A stretch of 64,000 nucleotides of DNA from Octopus vulgaris (lineage: Eukaryota): contig OX597822.1 in NCBI GenBank assembly GCA_951406725.2, positions 21,204,001 to 21,268,000 on the forward strand, written 5' to 3'. The notes beneath the pieces were generated by a model. That model had not been told where the DNA came from, made no database searches, and saw only the letters and a program-made list of their open reading frames with translations. Positions within the stretch are counted from its first letter, which is position 1; each line of letters begins with the position of its first letter. Made by a program: the position numbers and the translations under genes. This document shows positions 1 through 16,460 of this stretch, piece after piece.

Positions 1-128
1 CCACTTTTTTTTTTCTTTTTGTGATATTTTCTAGGAGTAGTTAAATTCTTCTGAAAATTATTAAAGAAAACGAGAACTTAAACAGTGAAATTAGGTTGGA
101 TCTTAGAAAGATGAAATGCAGATTTAAT

Positions 129-362
129 CTTATTTCTTTATTGCCCACAAGAGGCTAAACATAGAGGGGACAAACAAGGACAGACAAACAGATGAAGTTG
201 ATTCCATCGACCCCAGTGCATAACTGGTACTTAATTTATTGACCCCAAAAGATGAAAGGCAAAGTCGACCTCGGTGGAATTTGAACTCAGAACGTAATGG
301 CAGAAGAAATACCGCTAAGCATTACACTCGACATGCTAACGTTTCTGCCAGCTCGCCACCTT
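129..362 (-). mobile_element. SINE family A (tRNA-like head, Meta/MESC-like core GCCTTTCATCCTT..GGGGTCGATAAA)
   Basis: Reverse complement matches the + copy at 19724-19955 (ggcgagctggcagaaacgttagca...gagttcaaattcc...gactttgcctttcatc), including the tail gtctgtccttgtttgtcccctct. Confidence 0.8.
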
Positions 363-1503
363 AATTAATGCAGAGTTAATCTTGGCAGGATTGGAACTTA
401 GAAGGTAAACAATTGTAACAAGATACAGCAAAGCAATACTTGGCTACAACTGATTTTCCATCAGTTACAATTGATGGTCACTGATTCTATCATCCACTGC
501 CCTTCACTGATGTTTTTAGATGTTCTATTACATGACATGCAATTCATGGTGACTAAAATAAAAAAAAAAAAAATGATGAAGCCAAATGTAGAATGCTATT
601 TGTAAATAGTGATGACTATAGCAAGCCACAAACTACTGTCTGCATCTATCAGCAGACTTGAATGTTCATTATGCTAGGATTTATTTATTATTCCCCACCT
701 CCTCCATTATTTTTTTTTCACTGCTATACAGTTGAAATATATTGTCCATTTTCCTTAATGTACTTAATGTCAGTCATTATTTCTGAGCTGCACTTTAATG
801 GCAAAAGTTAGAATAAAAAAATCCAAAACAAAATAGGAAACAAAATCCATTATTTGATAGCAAAGACCAGCCAGTTGCTTCCATCTACACTATTTGTATT
901 TTTAGCCTTCTGTAGGATTCTGGAAATAGTTTTTATACATATATTACTTATTTGAATTTGTTTGTCTGTCTGCTTTTTGCATATACATACACCATGCATA
1001 TATATGCAGATATACATCCATATCAAACCATATACAACAGGATTTATTGATTTGTAACATAGGTACAAGGTGTCAATTTTGGTGGGTGAGTAGATGATTA
1101 GATTGATGCTTATGTTTGTTCTTCATTGGTATTTATTTTCTTGTGCCTTTTCCTTACAAAGTTAAATTAAAGTGGGATTTGAATTTAGAAATATTACTCT
1201 TTTACTCTTTTACTTGTTTCAGTCATTTGACTGCGGCCATGCTGGAGCACCACCTTTAATCGAGCAACTCGACCCCGGGACTTATTCTTTGTAAGCCCAG
1301 TACTTATTCTATCGGTCTCTTTTGCCGAACCGCTAAGTGACGGGGACATAAACACACCAGCATCAGTTGTCAAGCGATGTTGGGGGAACAAACACAGACA
1401 TGCAAACATACACGCACACATATATATATACATATATATACGACGGACTTCTTTCAGTTTCCGTCTACCAAATCCACTCTCAAGGCTTTGGTCGGCCTGA
1501 GGC

Positions 1504-1962
<459 letters not shown>

Positions 1963-1999
1963 GTATATATCATACATACACACACGTTCATATGCACAC

Positions 2000-2425
2000 A
2001 TGAGTGGGTGTTGAAAAGTACCTGGTTTGGGTAAAAGAAAATATAGGACGATCAGATAATTTTGATTTTATTCAACATATTCCCCTCTCAGATTCACACA
2101 CTTATTGCCGCAGTCCTTCAGTTTTTCTAAGCCTTGTAAAAGAACTCAGAAGGTTGAGCTTCCAGCTAGACCCTTTGCAATAACCCTTGAAGTGAGGGAA
2201 CTTTTCAGGCCTGCTTTGTGTGTGTGTGTAATAAATATATATATGTATATGTATATATGTATATATGTATATATATATATATATATGTATATGTATGTAT
2301 ATGTATATATGTATGTATATATATATATGTATATGTATATGTATGTATATATGTATATGTATGTATATATGTATATGTATGTATATATATATGTATATAT
2401 ATATATGTGTATATGTACATGTATG

Positions 2426-2458
<33 letters not shown>

Positions 2459-2730
2459 GTATGTGTATATATATATATATATCAGTGGCACGTAAAATGC
2501 ACCAATCCGACCGTGGCCGATGCCAGCCTTGCCTGGCACCTGTGCAGGTGGCACGTAAAAAGCACCCACTACACTCACGGAGTGGTTGGCGTTAGGAAGG
2601 GCATCCAGCTGTAGAAACATTGCCAGATAAGACTGGAGCCTGGTGCAGCCTTCTGGCTTCCCAGATCCTCGGTCGAACCGTCCAACCCATGCTAGCATGG
2701 AGAACGGACGTTAAACGATGATGATGATGA

Positions 2731-2764
<34 letters not shown>

Positions 2765-2902
2765 ATTTGTGTTTGTGCTTGCGAGTTTGTTAATTTTATT
2801 CATTATACATTTAGGATGAACAACTTGAAGAAGAACATGCAATACATGGAAAGTTTATTTATTCAAAACTGGAGTTATCCTGGCACTTTTCAACTACTAC
2901 AT
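2000..2902 (-). mobile_element. Internally deleted mariner relic interrupted by microsatellite and SINE
   Basis: Minus-strand C-terminal transposase remnant KCVNLRGEYVE* at ~2070-2105; TIR-like ends (gttgaaaagtacctgg near 2010, ccaggcacttttcaac-like at ~2880-2895). Confidence 0.55.
2483..2733 (+). mobile_element. SINE family C 3' part with (GAT)n tail
   Basis: ggttggcgttaggaagggcatccagctgtagaaac...ggacgttaaacgatgatgatg is shared with 41480-41655 and 29035-29270 (-). Confidence 0.85.
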
Positions 2903-3266
2903 GTGTATATGTGTGTGTGAGAGGGGAAAAGAAACCATGTACTTGTAACACGTAGGTACTTTAAGATATTTCTGTGAGTCCTGCATTCATTATGAAGGTC
3001 TAAAATATGAATAGCTTTTGTGAATCTGAAGTGAGATTTATGTTAACATATTCTCACTGTCAATCTATCCAAAATTCCTTATTCTAAGTGTGAAGGGAAG
3101 GAAAATATATAGATTTTCCATTGCTTGTTGCAGTAAATTATGTACAAGTAGGAAATAATATATATTTTCAGCTCTCCTCACTGCATTGAAAGTATAACGT
3201 AATCCTAATAATAAATTCTTCTACCACACATAGTGATTACATATACATACATACATACATACATAT

Positions 3267-3335
<69 letters not shown>

Positions 3336-4024
3336 TATATACACACACACATATATATACACACACACATACACACACACACATATATATATATATATGT
3401 CTGTGCTTATGCTTCTGCATGTATAAATGCACTGTGAATATGAAAATTATCCTGGAAAGCATGCATCAGTGTGAAGAAATGTATGTACACAGAGATATAT
3501 GAATGCATAAATATGTGCAAAGTGGTTGTATGCACATCTAACTTTTTACATTTGTATGTATATTCTATAAATACCTCTGTATCATTCATATATCATCATC
3601 AACATATTCTTCTGCAAGGATTACACTTAAAAATATCAACTTAAGTATTTGTGCATGTTTCCTATATTTATGTTATTAAGGAAACCAAACGATATGTTTA
3701 TGAACAAAATTGTTCTATTCGTTATTTGTCAAACAGCTTATTATATGAATAAATAACAGAATTGTTATATCTCCCACTCTTTTTTCATTCTGGTGTTATC
3801 ATTGTTCTTATGAGTCTTGTTTTTCTGAATCATATAATGATCACATGCTTTATTGAATAAGATGATGTTATCTAAGAAGTTAAAGACAATCATGGTCATA
3901 GTTCCAAGTTTGATTCCTTCTTTTTAGCTTTTACACATGTATTGCAGCACACTGTATTTGACAATAGGTATATATAGCTGTGCATAGCATGTATTTTATA
4001 TAAATATATATATATAGAGATGTG

Positions 4025-4057
<33 letters not shown>

Positions 4058-4066
4058 ATATATATA

Positions 4067-4101
<35 letters not shown>

Positions 4102-4132
4102 GTGTATCATCATCATCATCGTTTAACGTCCG

Positions 4133-4176
<44 letters not shown>

Positions 4177-4252
4177 ATATATATGTAGGTCCCGGATTGA
4201 GTCGGGGTTAACCACAGTAAATAAGGTACTCAATACATAGCAGAGTAAATTA

Positions 4253-4378
4253 ATTTATTTTATAGAAGGAGTTTCTACAGGACTAGAGCTGTTTCATTCA
4301 AAAGAAATCATCAGGAAGCTTCCTGATGATTTCTTTTGAATGAAACAGTTCTAGTCCTGTAGAAGCTCCTTCTATAGA

Positions 4379-4384
<6 letters not shown>
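4253..4384. repeat. Spacerless 132-bp palindrome centred on AAGCTT (4316-4321)
   Basis: 66-bp arms with about 3 mismatches. Confidence 0.95.
4317..4367 (+). ncRNA. Type I hammerhead ribozyme (mirror copy on - strand at ~4270-4320)
   Basis: agcttc-CTGATGA-t ttc tttt gaa t-GAAA-cag..ctg-TA-gaagct; 6-bp stem I, GUA site (cut after 4361); U-U instead of G-C at 10.1/11.1. Confidence 0.75.
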
Positions 4385-4445
<61 letters not shown>

Positions 4446-4446
4446 C

Positions 4447-4477
<31 letters not shown>

Positions 4478-4478
4478 C

Positions 4479-4509
<31 letters not shown>

Positions 4510-4565
4510 CATATATATACATATATATACATATACTTCGTTCGTTTTCCGTCCTCGTGTTGTAT

Positions 4566-4712
4566 ACATTCGAAGCTTTCTTCCAGGGGATCTAATGCGC
4601 ATGGCTTAGATTTCCCTTGGCGGGCTGCCCATATCGGAGCAATCTCAAGATTAATCAGCCGAAATTGCTAAGATGATCTGGTTCTTGACTGATGACTGAG
4701 GGCTTCGAATGT
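4566..4712 (+). ncRNA. Rearranged (non-circularly permuted) hammerhead ribozyme, copy 1
   Basis: P1 4566-4580/4698-4712; P2 4583-4620; II ggctg 4623-27/cagcc 4656-60; III agcaa 4638-42/ttgct 4665-69; AUC cut after 4644; I tcaaga 4645-50/tcttga 4683-88; GAAA 4661-64; CTGATGA 4689-95. Confidence 0.7.
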
Positions 4713-4790
4713 CCCGTCCTGTGGTTCTTGTGTCGTCTCTGTGGTGTTTCATGTTCTTGTCCATGTCTGTAATTATTTTTACCGTTTACC

Positions 4791-8452
<3,662 letters not shown>

Positions 8453-8751
8453 TGGTTTCTGGCATATATTTATAGGAAATAAAGGATGTGAAAAAATATC
8501 AACAATAACATTACATTTATCAACGCTTCTTTATTTTCCAAGTGCCACCAGCCACCAGTAAACAAACTTTCCCTGTCAAAATAGTACTGAAATTCAAAGT
8601 TGTTAAACATGTGTTTTTACAAAGATTGTGAATACAGGTTGAACAGTAGGCTGCTATACATACATTGAAAATAACAAACATGCAGGTGCAGTTATTGAGG
8701 CATGGAAAAGCAAGTTCCATTTCTAGCATTAATGAAAATTCATTTTATATA

Positions 8752-9910
8752 TTGGGTTGGCAACTAAGTTCCTGCCGTTTTTTTTATAATTTAAATTTTT
8801 AAAAGGTTTTAATAAAAAATAACAACTAATTAATCAATAACGTATTCACCCATTTTGTTTACAACTTCTTCCCAATGTTCAACAAGATATTCAATACCTC
8901 GGTAGAAATCACCCTATTTCGAATTGAAAAATTGATCCACCCAAGGTCTCAATTCTGCATTAGTATTGAACAAAACTCTGCATATAGCATTTGATAGAGA
9001 TCGAAAGAGGTGGAAATCCATTGTTGCCAAATCAGGAGAGTATGGCGGGTGTGGCAGCGCTTCCCAACCATGCGTTTAAATGGCTTCCTTGGTCATATTG
9101 GCGATATGAGGGCAGGTGTTGTTGTGCAGCAGCAGAACTCCATGCTAGCGATTAGGTCTTTTCTCTTGAATAGCCATGTTGAGTCGTTCCATCTGTTGAA
9201 CATAGTTCCGTATTGACCGTTTGGTTCTTTTCTGGCAATTTGTAATGGATAATCCCTTCCCAGTCCCACCATACACACATCATCATTTTACATGGATGAA
9301 GATCTTGTTTTATGTGCGGTGTCGCTTGTTTACTGGGGCTAAGCCATTCCTTACACTGCTTCATATTGATGTACAGGCACCATTTTTTGTCGCTAGTAAC
9401 GATTTGGTAAAGAAATTGCTGCTTATTTCCATGAGTTGAGCAGTGACAAGCAAGCAATCCAGTGGAAATTGTGGCTTGTTGATTTTTGTTGTCACTTAAA
9501 CCATGCGAAACCCATGCTCCATACTTCTGAACCTTTCCCATTAAGTGAAAATGCTTCTCTGTAGCTTGTGGGAACATTCCAGTTTCTCTGCCAGTTCCCC
9601 TGTCGTTTGATGAGTATTTTTGTGCAAAAGTTGGTTTAATTGCTCTTCATCGAACTCAACTGGACGGCCAGAATGAGGTGTGTCTTTGAGGTCAAAATTT
9701 CCCTTTTTGAACTTGGCATACCAATCATGAGCAGTTCTTTCAGCTATGGCACCCTCTCCATACACAGCACAAATGCTGCTAGTAGCTTTTGCGGCTTTAG
9801 AACCTTGATTAAAAGCAAAAAGGAGGTGTCGAAAATGCTCGTTTTTCTTAACTTGACATTCCATTTTAATGATATGAAAATAAACAAAAATTAACTAAAA
9901 TTAACTAGAA
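8752..9910 (-). mobile_element. Mariner DNA transposon relic, only one TIR visible
   Basis: TA followed by ttgggttggcaactaagtt TIR at 8752; frameshifted transposase. Confidence 0.85.
8831..9864 (-). pseudogene. Mariner transposase pseudogene (Hsmar1/mellifera-like)
   Basis: HSGRPVEFD, WVSHGL, IVTSDKKWCLY, MMCVWWDWEGIIHY, DLATMDFHLFRSL motifs spread over several frames. Confidence 0.9.
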
Positions 9911-9927
9911 AAAAACAAAAACAAAAT

Positions 9928-12900
9928 AGGATGGGAAGCTTCAGATGTCAGCTTCACTGCCTTTTCAACACTTTGAGAATGTGAAAGAAAATCAGGCAGC
10001 TCCAACTTGTGGCCATTCAGTAATGCCTTTTAAAGTTCCTGGTCAGAAAAGTCTTCTGTGAGAGCACATTCACAGATCCCACTTTGAGAAAGGTTGACTA
10101 ATGCTGACCAGTGTGTCACGTCAATCTTGATGTCTGCGATCCTCTTCAGCCTCTTCGCTGGCTTCTCACTTCCGAAAGAATTATAATAAAGTTAGTTTTT
10201 TATTTCACTATAAAATTGGAGCTCTCCATGGCCAAGTGGATAAGGTGTTGGATTTCCATGCCTTGGTCTTGGGCTTGGTCCCCAATGAGGGTGGACACAA
10301 AATAAAAATTTAGGTGCAGGTAGAGAGCACTTGTTTGATGGGCGGGGCACTGAGACTTGCCCATGTACAAGGTGCTCTGTACCCAACATACATATCACAG
10401 CCACTATCTTCCTTCTCTCATGTCTTCATACTCACAGTACATTAAGCTTCCATCTCTTGGATCCCAGCTGAGAGGTTTCAATCCACTACTCCCCCAATGC
10501 AGATGGGTAGCTTTCCCTTCAGCAACAGAAGGGTTCCCTTGGTTGGCAGCAAAAACATACGTGATTTCTCCTGTCCCTTCAGTCTTAGGTTAAGTAAAAG
10601 TCTGATGGACCCTGAAGGGTGAAAAGTGGCTCTTAACCTAACCTAACCTAACCACACTTTAAAATTTAATCCCTATTAGTGTCAAGATTTCTTATTTAAA
10701 TTAAACTTTAATTATAATAACAGTTCGATAAATGCTTATAACCAAAAATTTAATCATTTTAAAATTTATAAATGCTTATCTGATGGAAATAATTTTCTTG
10801 AGAGCAGATTCTCTCACTTCCAAGTCATCAGACTTCATCATCGAGCACAGCACACTCTTGGGTAACAAGGCAAATGCGTTGTACTTCAGGTTCCTGGAAG
10901 CAACATCTTGGATTTCTTGAGCCTGCTGCTTGGTCCTCTTTATCATGTTGAAGATGTACAGCTGCTAATGGTGGAACTTGCTGTCCCTTTTGTCTCAAAC
11001 CAACTGGCTGCATACACTTCCACAATGTACTTGATGGCTAAGTAAAGCTTATCATGCAGTTCTGAGGCTAGACACCTGTGGTCCATAAACACATCAATCT
11101 CACATGGTTTAATGGTCCAATTTTTCAGGCAGCAAACTTTGGGTTGATAGTATCCCAGGAAATTCATAACACATACTCATCTGCTCACTGAGATCATTCA
11201 GTATCACCTCATCAAATTCCATGTCATCCAGGGGCCACTGAGTCTGGTGAATTCTACTTGTAGCTGATCTTGGTGATCAATTTTAGAGTTTTCCCAGTGG
11301 GCCACTAAAAGAAGTGGGAGATTTGATACTGCCATGAAGATGCTTAAAAACAACTCCAATAGGAAGTTCATTCTGATGGAGCGAACATCCAATGGTGTGC
11401 ACGTTACAAGGCCTCCCTCCCAGCCTGTGTTTGTGTTGTGAAGAAGAACAGATTTCAAGGTATGAACATTGTTAAACTCTTCCAAGACATTAACAACTTT
11501 ATCACCAAGTATAGCACCAGTCGCACCTTTAATCGGGATAACTCTGTGAGATATGTTCCACTTTCAGTTCCTGCTTCCTTTGTGAAAGTCAAATGGTGCT
11601 CTTGTTCCATTCCTTTCTTCAGCTTCATCTCTCCATTTTCATCCTTAACTTCCCAGTACACCAAAGTTTCCTGGTCAGCTTTCCCCTCAACTCCAATACA
11701 GACTGACTTTCCCAGCCTCTCTTTGTGTTTTTCATTGCTCTTCACTTTCATTCTGTCTTTTTCTCTGTCCAACTTCAATTTGTCAACTATTATCTGTTTC
11801 ATACCAAGGCCAGGCTTCAGCAGATCCATAGCTTGTAAGTCAAGGAGGAGGGCATTAGCAAGACATGCCTCAAGACTGGAAGAAGCATCACCTCTGATCA
11901 ATTTCATGGCATATCGGGGGGAGGGGGTCAAAAAGTTGTAAGCTTCACTTGTGTGCTTCCTTGACTTGAACTTGTCATCTCCTGAGCTGGATGCCAAGGA
12001 AATATCTTGTGAGGATGTAGAGGCTAGTGAGGCCAAATCCACTTCCTGCTGCTGTTGAATCTGTTTCTGTAATCTTTCTGCCTTAGCTACAACTCTCTGG
12101 TTTCTCTTCACAGCAGCATTATCCACAGACCCGAACTGGAAAGAGCCCTTGGGTCCTATTTTGGCCCTCTGATCTCTTAAGTATTCCCTCTCCTCTACTA
12201 GAACCTTAAATATTAAAGTATATTGAACTGGAGTTAAGAGATAAAATCCTGAAAAAAATTAATGATCAATTTTTTATACCAAAGTGGCAAAGGTAGATTA
12301 CAGGAGGGAAATGCATATATTTTCCTATTACATCCATGGGATTTTCTTCTATTTAAAAGGCAATTAATCGAGCTAAATAAGTTTAGTTAAAAGTTTAAAA
12401 AAATAGCTTTACTTTCTTACTGGGAGGACACATGCAGATTATGTGCTGAGCTTGATTTAGCTACAACTCTTTCTTGCACTTCACAGCATTGTCATCACAA
12501 GGATGAACATTTAGCTTACAGATGCAAACAGAAATGTCAAAACTTTTATCCAGCTTTTCCTCCATATTCTGTTCCTTCACTGTGGAAAGAGATTTGCAGT
12601 TTATCTCTTTTGCTTTCTTGAAGCACACTTCATTCACCAATGTCATTACATGATATTCCTCATACAGGGACAGCCATGGGTTCACTACCTACCAGATCCC
12701 AATTACATCCTTTGCTATTATTTTAGCTATATCCATTGTCTTTCAAGTCTGGATGTGTGTTTTGGAGGAAATAACTGTATTGAATAACTTGGTGGAGTGT
12801 AGGAGGCTCTTTTGAGAAGGCTGACCACCAAATTTTTTGGCACTGTGGCTGATCTTGGTAATCATTTTCACAGAGTTTTCCTAGCGGGCCACTGAAAGTA

Positions 12901-13363
12901 GTGGGAGTTTTGATACTGCCATCAAGAGGTTTAAAATGATGGAGTGAACATCCAATGGTGGGCATTTTCCACTGAATTTTATGTTCTAAACATGTTACAA
13001 AATACTGCAGATTTCCTTTTTCTACCCATTTTTGTAAAGTATCTGAAAATAATTTAATAAGTATTTGATAGGCAAATATCATTAGAGAGTACAAAATAAA
13101 ACATCAATAAACATCTATAAAGCATTTAAACAAGTTCCAAGCATTGTTTTGTTGAAAATGACAAATTTTAATTGGTTATTTTGATTAAATTAGATTCAAT
13201 GGTTGGCCTTTTATGTATAAAGTTATACAATTTTACAACTTAAAAATAGCTGAGAATCCTCAAATCATTTTCATAAATAAGAGTTAATGCAATGTTTTCT
13301 ATATATTAATACCTTTGTATCTAGACTAGTCCAAGATTACAGTTCCAAAATTGACCTACCCTA
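9928..13363 (-). mobile_element. hAT-like (hATm / Cc8K15.2-type) DNA transposon relic with fragmented, apparently intron-containing transposase
   Basis: IGCSLHQNELP (CxxH), SFSGPLGK, GPLNH, HSQSVEKAVKLTSEAS motifs; terminus reads TAGGGTAGGTCAATTTTGGAAC on - at 13363; GTAAG donor near 12420; subfamily assignment is from memory. Confidence 0.65.
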
Positions 13364-14137
13364 ATGTTTTACAACTGTTGAAATGGGGATCAGTAATTAT
13401 GTTCTCATTCAGTGTAACAAGTATTGTTATCAAAACAGCTGAAAGGGTGAGTGGCTAATAGCTTATTTAGGTCTTTTATCCTTAGGTCACAAGTATTTTG
13501 AGGTTATCTGAAAGCATGAGATTGGACAGCTACCAGCCAACAGATGTCTGATGATCTCATAAAACTGGAGAAAAAATATAAGAACATTATTTGTGTGTAA
13601 GAATCACTAGATACTTAGCTACACTTTATGTAGCCTAATATGAGTGTGTATATTTATGTTTGTGTATACAATACATACACAGTAACACACACAAGTTTGG
13701 ATTACATAACTACAAATGTATGTATACTCATCGAATCAATGAAAGAACCTCTCCATGTTTGTTCAAACAGTTAGAAATAGCAGTCAGTCTTTTAGAAAAG
13801 GCATGTTGGTCTTGGGTTCCTTTCTCATAGGTAAAAGTTGGGATGGTCATGCATGAAGTGCCATTTATCATGGGCCTGTCTTACCAGGGCTGGTTTGAGA
13901 GAAACAATATCACACACACCCAATTTTACATTCACTTTCCTTGCTGGCTTGGATGTTTCAACAAAGTCTTACAGATCAAAAGCCCACATCTTGCTTAGTG
14001 TCCAACATGTGCTTTGGCAGGGTTCTAATAAATGATGCCCTTAATGCCAACCATTCTACAGAGTGTAGTGAATGTTTTTCATGGTACAAACACTAGAGAT
14101 GAATGTTCCCTATACATACTCTGAGAGAGGAATAGTT

Positions 14138-15698
14138 TGTGCTTGTTTCTTGTATGTCTATCTCTAATTCCGAAATTTGTTGTATTCGGAATTCACTTAG
14201 ATATTCCTTTGCCTGTTTTGTTACTGAGTATGATGCTTTCTTGTTTTCATGTTTTGAGACAAGTTTTAACATCCAGTCCTCAGACTTTTTCAGGTAGGTG
14301 TCTAGGCCAATTGTAACAATCTTCATTGTTATTGCTAGTTGCAAAAGACCACGGCCTCCCTCTTTTCTTGGCAGATAAAGTCGTTCTGTATCTGCCTTAG
14401 GGTGGTGCATTCTATGCATTGTTAACAGTTTTCTTATTTTTCTGTTGAGCTGACATATTTCAGTAACTGACCAGTTAACGATATTGAAACTGTAAGTCAC
14501 GACTGGTATGGCTAATGCATTGATCGCTTCGATCCTGTTTCTTGCATTCAGCTCTGTCTTGAGTATTGCTCTCACTCTTCGATAGCATTCTCTTCTGATT
14601 CTTTCCTTCATCTCTGAATGCCTTATTCCATTCTCTTCAATTACCCCTAGGTACTTGTAGCTCTCCGCTGGGTCTAGTTCTTTTATGACATTCTGCTGGT
14701 CAAGGTTAACGTTAGATGTTTCTGTCATTTTTCCTTTGATAAAGGTAGCTTTTGCACATTTATCGAGGCCGAATTGCATTCTGATGTCGTCACTGAATTG
14801 TTTGACTATCGCTAGTAAGCCCTTGAGTTTTTGGTCATTTTTTGCAAAAAGCTTTAAATCATCCATGTAAATGAGATGATTTATATTTTTATCAAACATT
14901 TTATACCCGTACTGCGCGTCATTGAGCAGTTTTGAGAGAGGTATTAAGGCTAAACAAAAGAGGAGTGGTGACAGTGAGTCACCCTGGAAAATGCCACACG
15001 AAATTTTTACATCACCAGCATTTAGGGATTCATTGTCACTGTTCAGAGTTAGTGTGGTTCTCCATGATCTCATACTTACAGTCAAAAAGTTTCGCAGAGT
15101 AGGTGCTATCTTATACATTTCCAGGCATTTCCTAATCCAGCTATGTGGTAGGCTATCAAAAGCCTTTTTATAGTCTATCCAGGCTATTGATAAGTTTTTG
15201 TGTCATTTGTGACAATCTTCTAAGATCATCTTATTGATGAGTAGTTGATCTTTACAGCCATAGGATCCACGTTTACATCCCTTCTGTTCATTAGGGAATA
15301 TGCTGCTGTCTGTTAAAAAACTATAAGTATATTCCGTCAGGACAGATGTTAGCGTTTTGTACATAGTTGTTAAGTAGGTTATGGGTCTATAGTTTTTTGG
15401 TTCATTTGTTTCTTCACTTTTTGGAAGCAGGAATGTTAACCAATTAACTAGCCAAGGAGGCATCCTACTAGGGTGTTGCAAAACATCATTGTACAGTTCT
15501 GTTAGCAGTTCATGGCTCTCTGGGAAGGCATTCAGCCAGAAGTTAGGAATTTTATCCTTTCCTGGAGACTTCCATTTGCTTGACCTCCTGAGAGCAGATC
15601 TTATATCTTCTACCTTGACACCCTCCCACTTTTGCTCTTCTAAAGGGTCCAGTTCTGTAGATATTCTGTCAATCCAGGGGGCCTTTTTGTTGTGTGTT
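14138..15698 (-). pseudogene. R4/Dong-type non-LTR retrotransposon reverse transcriptase fragment
   Basis: KSPGKDKIPNFW, NYRPIT, GIFQGDSLSPLLF, HLIYMDDLKLF, FGLDKCA, RLYLPRKEGGRGL; stop near 15203; truncated at both ends. Confidence 0.9.
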
Positions 15699-15711
15699 TT
15701 TTCTTCTTCTT

Positions 15712-15771
<60 letters not shown>

Positions 15772-15801
15772 TATTTTTTTTTTTTATTATAATTATTATT
15801 A

Positions 15802-16032
15802 TTCAGGTTCGAGTCCAAGCAGTGACCTGAATAAAAATAATAATAATAATAATAACAACATCGAAAAATACCTTAGGAATGAGAACCCAGGTTTGAAATT
15901 TCCCCTAGACACCTGATGAAGGCTGGATGATATATCAGCCAGAACGTTGTGTTAACAATGAACAAGATGAGGACAAATATCCATCAAATGTAAATAATGT
16001 ACATAATTCCTCATCTCCTAAATATAGAACTG
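15802..16032 (+). mobile_element. tRNA B-box fragment + (TAA)n + hammerhead-bearing unit (family H)
   Basis: ggttcgagtcc; body matches 41778-41951 (+), 40722-40875 (-) and 34045-34150 (-, partial). Confidence 0.75.
15908..15953 (+). ncRNA. Minimal hammerhead ribozyme, degenerate (GAAA reads AGAA)
   Basis: gacac-CTGATGA-a-ggctg..cagcc-agaa-cgtt-gtgtt; family consensus GAAACGTT has an AACGTT palindrome. Confidence 0.6.
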
Positions 16033-16460
16033 TATTCTCTCATCTTACTTCTAATTTAGCAATTATCCCTTGCAGTGTGGGAGTGTCAGATATATTTCAG
16101 CAGAATGGATTAAATACTATACATTGGCATGAATCTTTGGAACATTATCACTGAAGAAGATGACATACTTGTAATTTGTATTCTGTTGAGTTTAGTATCT
16201 TCTGCAAACATCTGACACAATTTCCACAAACTGATGTGATGCTTTTCAACTAATCACTGTTGTTTGTCTTCCCTGTTAATCCTTTCTGTAAATATAGTGC
16301 TTCACATGTCCATAAAGCTAAAGCTTAAATTGTAAAGGATAAAAGAAAAACGGAGATGCGCATGCACACACACACACACACGCACACACACACACACAGT
16401 TGCTTACAAGCCTAGTTCTTTTGCTGTCACTTTAGAATTCATCCGAAATATTGTCTTCTA

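Larger units (their letters stand above)
4186..4790. mobile_element. Penelope-like pLTR/retrozyme-type element(s) in (TA)n, carrying hammerheads
   Basis: GC-richer islands flanked by (TA)n; contain an inverted duplication and two kinds of HHR motif. Confidence 0.55.

Noticed and set aside
10634-10653. (TAACC)n as telomeric repeat
   Set aside because: Only about 4 units, inside a transposon intron-like region
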